A DNA stretch of 32,000 bases, from contig CP149973.1 of NCBI GenBank assembly GCA_029269845.2, positions 1,230,001-1,262,000 on the forward strand, read 5' to 3'. A model generated the notes under the pieces. It was not told the origin of the DNA. It did no database searches and saw nothing but the letters and a program-made list of their open reading frames with translations. Shown piece by piece: positions 1-8,076 of this stretch. The stretch is from Opitutia bacterium KCR 482 (lineage in GTDB: Bacteria > Verrucomicrobiota > Verrucomicrobiia > Opitutales > Intestinicryptomonadaceae). The position numbers and the translations under genes are program-made. The number at the start of each line of letters is the position of its first letter. The first letter of the stretch is position 1.

Positions 1-34
1 GCATTTTCCTTCTCCTTTCGGGTTTGCGGCGCGT

Positions 35-1393
35 CTACCAAGTCGACTTTGGGTCAACCGTCATACGGACTTTCGGCGACGACTTCTTCACCTCGTCAAC
101 CGCCCATTTTTGAACAGTCTGCCATGTGCCAGCGGCGGGCATGTGGCGCGCCTCTTCGTTCGTCCAGAGCCGCTTTTCGCCCTTGATGTTGTTGTAGGCG
201 GCGTAGCTTGAAGTCGGCTCGCAGACGTCGTCGGCAAAGTTTATGAGGTACATTGTCTTTCCCTTGATGCGGGCGGCGAAATTCACGGCGTCTACATAGC
301 GGGCGGATTCAACGGCGACTTTGTTGTAGTTGCCGTTTTTGTCGAGCTTTGTGTAGTGGGGCCAGCCCGAAGTTCTGCCCGCGACGGGGCCGCTGTGGTC
401 GCATATCGCGGGATAGCCCGCAACGACAATCGACACGCGGGAGTCCAAGCCGCCCATGGCGAGCGCCTGCCCGCCGCCCTGGCTTCCGCCGCAAACGACG
501 AGGTTTTTGCCGTCCCACTGCGGTTGGGCGACAACAAAGTCTATCGCGCGCATGTCGCGCATGAAAAGCGTGCGGAAGAAAAGCCCGTCGCGGTCTTTCC
601 AGTCGCCTATGTGGTAGTTTTTGAGCGCGCCCGCTTTGAGGTCTTTGTAGAATTGCGCGGGCTTGCCGTTGGGAAGCCCGTTTGCGTTGAAGTCGAACGC
701 GAGAAATCCGCGCTTCGCCCACGCCACGACCCCATTGAAGCTCGAACCTCTCACGCCCCAGCCGTGGGTTGTGATGATTGCAGGCAGCGTCCCCTTTTCG
801 GCGTTTTCGGGGTACGCCAAGTAGCCGCTGAGCTTGCCGTTGAAAGTGTCCGCCTGAATGTCGAAAACCTTTATTCCGCCGACCGACTTCACGAAAGTCG
901 CCTTGGCGTTTGCGGGAATTGCCGCAAGGATTTTCTTTTGCTTCGCCCAGTATGCGTCGAAGTCGTCGGGCGCGGGGAGGCTCGGCTTGATTTTAAGCGG
1001 CTCGAAAGCCGCGCCCGCGAGCATATCGACGGCCTTCTTTTTGCCGTCGGCAAGGGGGATTTCGGCGCGCATGCGGCACTTCAAAAAGCCCGCCTCGGAA
1101 AGTTTGCCCGACGCCCTGAACACGCCCTTTTTCGTCTTGCCCTGCGACGTGTTGCCCATGTTCACGGTGTCTTTTGTGATTTCGGAGCGCACGTCGATTC
1201 CGTCGACGGGTTTGCCGTCTTTCGTGATATAGAGGGCGAACTGGGCGGTGTCGCCTATTTTGTATTCGGAACCGTCCTTGACGGCTTTCAGGCGGAGCGT
1301 GTAGCCGCCCTCGGTTTTGGTTTCGGCAAAAAGCGACGCGCAGAGCAACGCCGCAAACGCCGCCGCAAAAGTTTTAAACGCAAATTTAAGCAT
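35..1393 (-). CDS. Secreted acetyl esterase, AXE1/CE7-like alpha/beta hydrolase (acetyl xylan esterase / cephalosporin-C deacetylase family)
   Basis: 452-aa ORF with a signal peptide (MLKFAFKTFAAAFAALLCASLFA|ETK). Nucleophile elbow GxSxG in 'VVCGGSQGGGQALAMGG', 'ITTHGWG' upstream and a late His ('EEARHMP'), consistent with a Ser-Asp-His esterase. An extra ~130-aa beta-rich N-terminal module is present. Confidence 0.8.
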   Translation of the reverse strand: MLKFAFKTFAAAFAALLCASLFAETKTEGGYTLRLKAVKDGSEYKIGDTAQFALYITKDGKPVDGIDVRSEITKDTVNMGNTSQGKTKKGVFRASGKLSEAGFLKCRMRAEIPLADGKKKAVDMLAGAAFEPLKIKPSLPAPDDFDAYWAKQKKILAAIPANAKATFVKSVGGIKVFDIQADTFNGKLSGYLAYPENAEKGTLPAIITTHGWGVRGSSFNGVVAWAKRGFLAFDFNANGLPNGKPAQFYKDLKAGALKNYHIGDWKDRDGLFFRTLFMRDMRAIDFVVAQPQWDGKNLVVCGGSQGGGQALAMGGLDSRVSIVVAGYPAICDHSGPVAGRTSGWPHYTKLDKNGNYNKVAVESARYVDAVNFAARIKGKTMYLINFADDVCEPTSSYAAYNNIKGEKRLWTNEEARHMPAAGTWQTVQKWAVDEVKKSSPKVRMTVDPKSTW

Positions 1394-1459
1394 GACAGTT
1401 TTTTATTCGATTCAAACACCGGAAACCGCTCATCGCGGACTCCCCCAAATACGAGACGG

Positions 1460-1488
1460 AAAGTACCGCAACGTTCCGCCAATGTCAA
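1460..1488 (-). promoter_or_regulatory. sigma70-type promoter for the esterase gene
   Basis: Minus strand: TTGACA (1488..1483), 17 nt, TACTTT (1465..1460), about 65 nt upstream of the ATG at 1393. Confidence 0.45.
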
Positions 1489-1509
1489 GGCGGAAAAAGC
1501 TTAACTTCC

Positions 1510-1539
1510 TTGACAACGCAAGCCGCTAAAAAATATAAT
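1510..1539 (+). promoter_or_regulatory. Consensus sigma70 promoter of nadA
   Basis: TTGACA (1510..1515), 18-nt spacer, TATAAT (1534..1539). Both hexamers match consensus perfectly. The nadA ATG lies 25 nt downstream of the -10. Confidence 0.65.
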
Positions 1540-1563
1540 TCCGCGCTTTAACAATAACAGACA

Positions 1564-2532
1564 ATGCAAGCAATAGTCTTCCCGCCCTACGAAAACTGCG
1601 ACAAACCGCAGCTTTCGGACGTACAGAAAAAAATTCTGGAGCTCAAAGAAAAGCGCAACGCCGTAATTCTGGCGCACAACTATGTGTGCGACGAAATCCA
1701 GCAGATAGCCGACTATGTGGGCGACTCGCTCGGACTCTCGCGCGAGGCGAAGAAAACCGACGCCGACGTCATAGCGTTCGCGGGCGTAGACTTCATGGCG
1801 GAAACCGCGAAAATCCTCAACCCCGACAAGACCGTCGTCCTCCCCGACCACGCCGCGGGCTGCACCCTCGAAGAGCTTTGCCACCCCGCCGAGCTTGCCG
1901 TCTTCAAGCGCGAGCACCCGAACGCGATAGTGATTTCCTACATTAATTGCAGCGCGGGCGTAAAGGAGCTGAGCGACATAATCTGCACAAGCGGCAACGC
2001 CCTCGACATCGTAAAACAGATTCCCGAAAATCGGGAGATAATTTTCTGCCCCGACCAGCACCTCGGCTCGTGGATTGTCGAAAAGACCGGCCGCGACCTC
2101 ATTCTGTGGCACGGCTACTGCTGGGCGCACACGCAGTACAAGGCGGACGAACTTCTTGCGCTCAAGCGCGCGTTCCCGAACACGCCGCTCGTCTGCCACC
2201 CCGAATGCCCCAAAGCAGTGCGCGACACCGCCGACTGCGTTTGCAGCACCGAAAAAATGATTTTGTACTGCCGCGAACACCCAAGCGACAAGTTCATAAT
2301 CGCGACCGTCGTCGAAATGATACACCGCCTCCGCCGCGAAATTCCGAACAAGACGTTCATCGCCGCCCGCGCTTCGGGCCGCCCCAGCCAGCACTGCAAA
2401 AACATGCTCATGAACACTCCCGAAAAGCTCCTCGCGTGCCTCGAAAACCTCGAACCGCGCATCGAACTTTCAAAGGACGTCATGGACAGGGCGCGCAGGC
2501 CTATCGAAAAAATGCTCGAAATGTCGAAATAG
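1564..2532 (+). CDS. nadA: Quinolinate synthase NadA
   Basis: 322 aa. Characteristic 'AVILAHNYVCDEIQQIADYVGDSLGLSREA', 'VIAFAGVDFMAETAKILNPDKTVVLPD', 'ISYINCSAGVKELSDIICTSGNA' and 'ECP' Cys context. Length is typical for NadA. Confidence 0.92.
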   Translation: MQAIVFPPYENCDKPQLSDVQKKILELKEKRNAVILAHNYVCDEIQQIADYVGDSLGLSREAKKTDADVIAFAGVDFMAETAKILNPDKTVVLPDHAAGCTLEELCHPAELAVFKREHPNAIVISYINCSAGVKELSDIICTSGNALDIVKQIPENREIIFCPDQHLGSWIVEKTGRDLILWHGYCWAHTQYKADELLALKRAFPNTPLVCHPECPKAVRDTADCVCSTEKMILYCREHPSDKFIIATVVEMIHRLRREIPNKTFIAARASGRPSQHCKNMLMNTPEKLLACLENLEPRIELSKDVMDRARRPIEKMLEMSK

Positions 2533-2557
2533 GGACGTCCGCAAATTCGCAAAAAGG

Positions 2558-2594
2558 AAATCCCGACCGAACAAAAAATTCGGTCGGGATTTTT
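2558..2594. terminator. Bidirectional Rho-independent terminator between convergent nadA and the beta-helix gene
   Basis: Perfect 14-bp stem, AAATCCCGACCGAA (2558..2571) with TTCGGTCGGGATTT (2579..2592), and a 7-nt loop. A T-run follows on the plus strand and an A-run precedes it, giving a T-run on the minus strand. Confidence 0.75.
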
Positions 2595-2637
2595 CATACA
2601 CACATTTGGGATAGAAAAAAACGGGATTCCCGCGCGG

Positions 2638-4650
2638 CTATTTTTCGACCACTCTGTTGCCCGAAAAATCGCAGTCGGAATAGTCGCCGCGATTTGCCAG
2701 CACGCCCGCGTTCGGCATGTAGGGCGACTTCACAAAAGTGTTGTTTACAATCTTTATGTTTTTGCCGCTGCGGACGTAGAAGCCGCCCCTGTACCACTTG
2801 TCCCTGTCGGAAACCGACAGCGTGTCGCGGGCGTTCTCTATTCTGTTGTTTCTGAAAATTATGTTTTCGCACGCCGACGCAACCGCAACGACGCCCGCAG
2901 TCTCGTAGAATTTGTTGTTTTCGAAAAGCGCGTTCGTAATCACGGGCGTTTTCGGCTCTTTCGTGGACGGGTCTTTTTCGATGTACGCGGAAATCTGAAT
3001 GTCGCGCGCAAAGCCGTGCGATTTTATTCCGCGCAAGTTCGAGTTTCTGAACGTGCAGTTGCGAACAACAACGTTGTCCACGCCCGTGCCCTCGCACCAC
3101 TGGTTGAAAGTGTAGCCGGTTTCGAGCTTCAGCGCGCCCAATTGCTCGCGCTCGAAAAGCGTGTTTTCAATCAGAACGTCCTTTGCGAGAATCAGCAAGC
3201 CGCGGGCGCCGTGGCGGACGAATTTGCAGTCGCGCACGATGATGTTGCGGGTGTCGAAGCGCGTGTTGAAGCAGACGAAAATTCCGTCCGGCGAATTGGG
3301 AAGCGGCTTGTCGAATGTAATGCGCTCTCCGTCGATTGAGGAGATTTTCCCGACGTAGCCCGTGTTTGCGTAGTCGCCGTCGCGCAGGGAGATTTCGTCG
3401 CCGACGTTCGCGTCGAAGAACGCAAGCCCGCGGACGTTCGCCGATTCTAGCGTCTTTTCGCCGGCTTTTTTCATCACGAAAGAGCGGTCGTGGAAATTGC
3501 CCACGTCGTCGGTGCCCATTGAAAATTCGCAGCCAATCATCTTCATGAAGCCGCGCGAATTGACGATGTGGTGGTGGTCGGCGGAGCACGACAGGGCGCG
3601 GCGCGGGTCGTCGGGCGGCATGATTTTCACGTTGACGTACTGCCAAAACTGCTGTTCGCCGTCCACTTGGAACGCGTGCCCGCGGCACGAGAAAATGCGG
3701 ATATTTTCAAGCGTCAAGTGGCGGTTCGAGAACATATCGAATGCGTTTTTGCCGTAGTAGTAGTGGATAATGCGGTACGGCAGGTCTTCCCTAAACTGCT
3801 TGACCCTTTCGGCGGCGACTTTCGGCGCACCGATTGTCCAGTAGTTGAAATATATGCGGATTGTGTTCGGCGAAATCCACTCGTTGGGAAAGCCCGACGT
3901 GCCCTCGCCCGCACCGAGCGGAGCGGGGTCGCCTCCCCAGACGCCCGCCGCGTCTTCGGCGAACGCGCTGAAATCGGCGCGGTACGGAGTGATGACAACC
4001 GTGGGCGTCTTCCTCCCGTAGGTCGGGTACTTTTCGTACTGGAAAAACTGGAAATCGACGTACGGATTTTCGGGGTCGGCGTTGCGCCCGACGACTTTCG
4101 CGAAGCCCGCAAGCGGGTCTCGCTCCCAATCCCAGTCGAAGTCGAGGTTCGCAACCCTCACGCGCTTGCAGTTCCTTATCTTGATGTTCGAAACGCCCGA
4201 TTCGAGGGCTTTGTCCCACTGAGGCCTCATCTGTTTTACGGAGTCGCTTTGATAGACGAGCAGCGAGCCGTTGCCGTCGAGGGTGAAGTCTTCAAAGCCT
4301 TCGAGCATAATCGACGTCGCGTCGAAGCACTTGTACCGCCCTTTCGGAAGAACGAGCTTCGACGCGCCGATTTTTTTGCAGTGCGCAAGCGCGCTGTTGA
4401 TAATGGTTGCGGCGTTTTCGACGCGTTCGTTCAATCCGAAATCGGCGGCGTTGACGACAGCGCCCTTCCCGCGCGGAAGCTCCACTTCAAACTCCCTTGC
4501 GCCCGTGGGCAGTTTGCCGAAATCGCCCGCAAAGGGCTTTGCGTCCGCGCCCGCGGGGTAGAAGTCGTAGCCGTTAAGCTCGCGCGGAGCGGCGGCAAAA
4601 ACAAATGCGGCAAGCGACGCCGCGCACAAAAATAAAATTCCCTTTTTCAT
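2638..4650 (-). CDS. Secreted right-handed parallel beta-helix protein (putative glycoside hydrolase or polysaccharide lyase; family not assignable by eye)
   Basis: Start moved to ATG 4650, which is preceded by AGGAGG (AGGAGGACAG-ATG) and opens directly into a signal peptide (MKKGILFLCAASLAAFVFAAAP). Repeated PbH1-like turns: 'IIVRDCKFVRHG', 'VLIENTLFERE', 'VVVRNCTFRNSN', 'IIFRNNRIENA', 'IKIVNNTFVKS'. Confidence 0.8.
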   Translation of the reverse strand: MKKGILFLCAASLAAFVFAAAPRELNGYDFYPAGADAKPFAGDFGKLPTGAREFEVELPRGKGAVVNAADFGLNERVENAATIINSALAHCKKIGASKLVLPKGRYKCFDATSIMLEGFEDFTLDGNGSLLVYQSDSVKQMRPQWDKALESGVSNIKIRNCKRVRVANLDFDWDWERDPLAGFAKVVGRNADPENPYVDFQFFQYEKYPTYGRKTPTVVITPYRADFSAFAEDAAGVWGGDPAPLGAGEGTSGFPNEWISPNTIRIYFNYWTIGAPKVAAERVKQFREDLPYRIIHYYYGKNAFDMFSNRHLTLENIRIFSCRGHAFQVDGEQQFWQYVNVKIMPPDDPRRALSCSADHHHIVNSRGFMKMIGCEFSMGTDDVGNFHDRSFVMKKAGEKTLESANVRGLAFFDANVGDEISLRDGDYANTGYVGKISSIDGERITFDKPLPNSPDGIFVCFNTRFDTRNIIVRDCKFVRHGARGLLILAKDVLIENTLFEREQLGALKLETGYTFNQWCEGTGVDNVVVRNCTFRNSNLRGIKSHGFARDIQISAYIEKDPSTKEPKTPVITNALFENNKFYETAGVVAVASACENIIFRNNRIENARDTLSVSDRDKWYRGGFYVRSGKNIKIVNNTFVKSPYMPNAGVLANRGDYSDCDFSGNRVVEK

Positions 4651-4669
4651 CTGTCCTCCTGTTCGGTTC

Positions 4670-4698
4670 ATTTTCCCACATTCGGCGAATTTTGTCAA
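4670..4698 (-). promoter_or_regulatory. sigma70-type promoter of the beta-helix gene
   Basis: Minus strand: TTGACA (4698..4693), 17 nt, GAAAAT (4675..4670), then the AGGAGG SD and ATG 4650. It lies downstream of the esterase-operon terminator. Confidence 0.5.
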
Positions 4699-4748
4699 CG
4701 CAGTTAAATAGGACATCTTTTGCATTTTGGACATCATCTAAAAAGCGC

Positions 4749-4779
4749 AAAAAAAAACGCGCCGAATCTTGACGGCGCG
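4749..4779 (-). terminator. Rho-independent terminator ending the three-esterase operon
   Basis: 7-bp GC stem, CGCGCCG (4758..4764) with CGGCGCG (4773..4779), and an 8-nt loop. On the minus strand it is followed by 9 consecutive T (plus-strand A-run 4749..4757). It sits 80 nt after the stop at 4859. Confidence 0.7.
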
Positions 4780-4858
4780 GAGTAATGCGTTTGAGTTTTT
4801 GCGGGCTTGCGTTGCGGCGGAAAAATACTCCGCGCACGACGCCGCAAACGCGCGTTGT

Positions 4859-6403
4859 TTAGCGCACGTTTTGGAACGGGAACGCGGGCAGCCCGTCTTT
4901 GTTGAAGAGGCTGGCGTCGGGACGCGCCCACTGTGTCCAGAGATAGCGCGCGCCTTCGGGCATCGAGCCGTCGGAGCTTTTGAGCACTATTTTCCCGCCG
5001 TCGAGCTTTGCGGCGGCTTTTTCCCATTTGCCTTTCGTCAAAACTTCGAAGCCGCGCGGCTCGCCCTTGAAAACGAGTCCGCGCCCGAAATCCTTGAACT
5101 TTATCTTCACGGTGTCGCCCTTGTACTGCGCGGAGACGAATTCGGGGGAACGCCCGTGGAAGCCAGCTTTTTTGTAGACGTCGGAAAGCGCGAGGAGCGC
5201 GAGCCTGTTGCCGACGGTCGTTTTGTCCTTCGGGTGAATGTCTTTTTCCTCGCCGCAGTCTATAATGCAGACCGCGCCGACATTCGGGGCGAGTTTGCAC
5301 GCGGCAAGCTGCCCCGCGCGGGCTTCGGGCCACTTCGCCTTGTTTTCAAACGACGCCAGCTGGACTTGCAGGAACGCCATGCCGTCGTTGCCGAAAGCCT
5401 TGCGCCACGATTCGACGAGCGTCTTGTACTGCTCGGCAAAGCACGCCGCCGCCTTTTCCGCCGTATCGCCCTCGCCCTGATACCAAATCACGCCGCGAGC
5501 AGTGTAGCCCGCGATGGGAGCTACCATGCCGTTGTATAACATGTACGGCGTGGAATAATCTGCCCACGGAGTTATCATTGACGGCGCAACCCAGAACGGC
5601 CACTTGCGGCGCTGAACGGGCTTGCCCTCTTTGCGCAGTTTTGCGTCTTCGGCGCGGGCTTTTGCGCATTTTGCGTTGTGCGCGTCGAGCCGCTTTTGCG
5701 CGATTTCGGGCGTGAATTTTGCCAAGCTTTTTTTGAAGTTCGCAAGGTATCCCGCCAAGTACGGAACTTTTGCGTGGCATTCTTCGGGAATCCAGCACGT
5801 CATGCTCGTTGCGCCTTTTGCCGCGTACAGAATCGCGACGGGAACGTCCAGCTCTTTCATGATTCTTTCGGCGAAATAGAAGCCCACGCCGCTCCACGCC
5901 GAGATGTTCTCGCCGTCCGCCGCGCTCCATTTAGACTCTTCGAAGCTGTCGGCGCGGGGCGTCAAGGAAGCCTTTGTTGGCTGGTTGAAGTAGCGCATTG
6001 TCGGATAGTGAGCGCGGGCTTTCGCGGCGTCGGCGTCGGTTGTGGCGCGAAGGCTCCACCCCATGTTGCTCTGCCCGCCCGCAATCCAGACTTCGCCGAC
6101 GAGCACGTCGGAAATCTTTTTGCCGGGCTTTCCGTTTTCCGAAACGCTGAGCTCGCGCGGAGTTTTGCTTGCGGGCATTTTGTCGAGCACAACGCTCCAT
6201 TTGCCGTCCGCTCCCGCCTTCGCCGATTTTTTTGCGCCCGCGAACTCGACGTCAACCGACGCGTTCGCGTCCGCAGTTCCCCAGATTTTTACGGGCATGT
6301 CGCGCTGGAGCACCATGCCGTCCGAAAATATTTTCGGCATCTTGATTTCGCCGAACGCCGACGCTGCCGCCAACGCCGAAATTATCAGTATGTATTTTTT
6401 CAT
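4859..6403 (-). CDS. Sialate O-acetylesterase family protein (SASA/DUF303, SGNH-like), paralog 1
   Basis: 514 aa with a signal peptide. N-terminal 'KMPKIFSDGMVLQRDMPVKIWG' and the family hallmark 'VLVGEVWIAGGQSNM'. Later 'GVIWYQGEGD' and 'IHPKDKTTVGNRLA'. Confidence 0.85.
   Translation of the reverse strand: MKKYILIISALAAASAFGEIKMPKIFSDGMVLQRDMPVKIWGTADANASVDVEFAGAKKSAKAGADGKWSVVLDKMPASKTPRELSVSENGKPGKKISDVLVGEVWIAGGQSNMGWSLRATTDADAAKARAHYPTMRYFNQPTKASLTPRADSFEESKWSAADGENISAWSGVGFYFAERIMKELDVPVAILYAAKGATSMTCWIPEECHAKVPYLAGYLANFKKSLAKFTPEIAQKRLDAHNAKCAKARAEDAKLRKEGKPVQRRKWPFWVAPSMITPWADYSTPYMLYNGMVAPIAGYTARGVIWYQGEGDTAEKAAACFAEQYKTLVESWRKAFGNDGMAFLQVQLASFENKAKWPEARAGQLAACKLAPNVGAVCIIDCGEEKDIHPKDKTTVGNRLALLALSDVYKKAGFHGRSPEFVSAQYKGDTVKIKFKDFGRGLVFKGEPRGFEVLTKGKWEKAAAKLDGGKIVLKSSDGSMPEGARYLWTQWARPDASLFNKDGLPAFPFQNVR
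6171..6381. repeat. 211-bp near-identical segment, copy A (5' part of esterase paralog 1)
   Basis: Hand alignment to 7742..7952 gives 203/211 identical positions with no gaps. A 73-nt perfect run covers 6291..6363 and 7862..7934. Confidence 0.85.
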
Positions 6404-6414
6404 ATGCTTATTTC

Positions 6415-7986
6415 CTATTTTTTAAGATTTTCAAAGGGATAGAGTGGAAGCCCGTTCGAGTCGAACAGACAAATTTCCGAGAGTGGGTCGTTCTTCCAGA
6501 GGTAGCGCACGCCCGAAACGTCCGCGCCGTCGGGGCTTTTGAGGACGATTTTTCCTCCGTCGAGCTTGGCGACGGCCTTCGCCCATTTGCCGTTCGCCAA
6601 GACCTCGAAGCCGCGCAGTTCCCCTCGCGACTCGATTTCCAACCCGCGTGTTTCGAGCAGAACCGTCGCCGCGCTGCCCGAATATTCGGCGGATTTAAAC
6701 TCGGGCGCAAACGGGTTCGGCGTAGCTGCTCCGTAGACTTGCGAAAGCGCGACGTTTGCCATGCGCAGCCCGACGGTCGTCTTGTCTTTCGGGTGAATGT
6801 CGTTAGACTCTCCCCTGTCTATCGTGGGAATTGCGTACACGTTGGGAACGCTTGCGGCAACCGCAAGCTGCGCGGCGCGCGCCTCCGCCCACTTGCTTTT
6901 CGGGGACGAAACAAACGACGAAAGCTGCGCCATGATGAACGGCATGTCGGGGTTTCCGAAATATCCGCGCCACGCCGAAATCAGAAGTTTCAGCTGCGAT
7001 TCGAAGTGGAGCACGGCGGGTTCGAGCGTGTCGGACTCTCCCTGATACCAGATTATGCCCCTTGCCGCCAAGCCGCGAAGCGGCGCGACTTTCGCGTTGT
7101 AATTCCATACAGGCGTGCGGAACTGCGGAACGGGCGAAATTTTGTTCGGCTCTTTGTAGTCCCACGGCAGCTTTTTCAGTCGAAGCCCTTGCTTCTTGCG
7201 CTCGGCGTTTTCCTTTTCGAGCGCGGCGACTTTATCCTTGTAAGTTTTGAGGGCGGCGCGGTAGGCGTTTTCGTCGTATTTGTCGGCGCGTTTTTTGAAG
7301 CTTTCGTAGACGCCTTTCATGTATTCGTTTTTTCCGGCGGCGGCTTCGTCAACCCACGCCGCCATTGCCGTCGCGCCGAGCGGCGTGCCCACAATGCCGA
7401 CGGGAACGTCGAGAGCCTCTGAAATTTTTTCGCCGAAATAGAAGCCTATCGCGCTCCAATACAGCGGGCAATTACCGACGTCGGCGCGTTCCCACTTTGC
7501 GCCTTCGGGGGAATCCTCCTGCGGGGTTCGGGCAATCGCGCGGGGCGACTGTTTAAAATAGCGCAGAATTTTGTTTTTCTTGGCGCGTTCGAACGCCGCC
7601 TTTGCGTCGGTCGTGTTTTCGAGAACCCAGCCCATGTTGCTCTGTCCGCCCGCAATCCAGACTTCACCGACAAGCACGTTGCCGATTTTTGCGCCCGCAT
7701 TTCCGTTTTCAAATACGGTTATCGCGCGGGGGTTTTTGTTTGCGGGCATTTTGTCGAGCACAACAAGCCATTTGCCGTCCGCTCCCGCCTTCGCCGATTT
7801 TTTTGCGCCCGCGAAGTCCACGTCAACCGACGCGTTCGCGTCCGCAATTCCCCAGATTTTCACGGGCATGTCGCGCTGGAGCACCATGCCGTCCGAAAAT
7901 ATTTTCGGCATCTTGATTTCGCCGAACGCCGACGTTGCCGCCAACGCCGAAAGCGCGGCAATTAAAGAGCGAATGTTCTGTTTCAT
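6415..7986 (-). CDS. Sialate O-acetylesterase family protein (SASA/DUF303), paralog 2
   Basis: 523 aa with a signal peptide. 'KMPKIFSDGMVLQRDMPVKIWG', 'VLVGEVWIAGGQSNM', 'GIIWYQGESD', 'IHPKDKTTVGLRMA'. Only 11 nt separate it from paralog 1. Confidence 0.85.
   Translation of the reverse strand: MKQNIRSLIAALSALAATSAFGEIKMPKIFSDGMVLQRDMPVKIWGIADANASVDVDFAGAKKSAKAGADGKWLVVLDKMPANKNPRAITVFENGNAGAKIGNVLVGEVWIAGGQSNMGWVLENTTDAKAAFERAKKNKILRYFKQSPRAIARTPQEDSPEGAKWERADVGNCPLYWSAIGFYFGEKISEALDVPVGIVGTPLGATAMAAWVDEAAAGKNEYMKGVYESFKKRADKYDENAYRAALKTYKDKVAALEKENAERKKQGLRLKKLPWDYKEPNKISPVPQFRTPVWNYNAKVAPLRGLAARGIIWYQGESDTLEPAVLHFESQLKLLISAWRGYFGNPDMPFIMAQLSSFVSSPKSKWAEARAAQLAVAASVPNVYAIPTIDRGESNDIHPKDKTTVGLRMANVALSQVYGAATPNPFAPEFKSAEYSGSAATVLLETRGLEIESRGELRGFEVLANGKWAKAVAKLDGGKIVLKSPDGADVSGVRYLWKNDPLSEICLFDSNGLPLYPFENLKK
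7742..7952. repeat. 211-bp near-identical segment, copy B (5' part of esterase paralog 2)
   Basis: Partner of 6171..6381. It covers the end of the signal peptide and roughly the first 55 mature residues. Confidence 0.85.
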
Positions 7987-8076
7987 GATTTGTCTAAAAC
8001 GCGTCGGGAGAAAAACGCCGATGTGTGTTGTTGTCGATACCCCGCCGGCTCTCCCTGCGCCGCGCGGGCTGCTGTT

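Noticed and set aside
356-1504. 382-aa plus-strand ORF antisense to the esterase gene
   Set aside because: Arg/Ala/Gly/Val-rich low-complexity translation with no motif. It lies fully inside a well-supported minus-strand CDS, which is the typical antisense open frame of GC-rich DNA.
4651-4737. 29-codon N-terminal extension of the beta-helix ORF (MMSKMQKMSYLTALTKFAECGKMNRTGGQ)
   Set aside because: The internal ATG at 4650 has a strong AGGAGG SD and begins a canonical signal peptide. The extension would bury the signal peptide and overlaps the predicted promoter.
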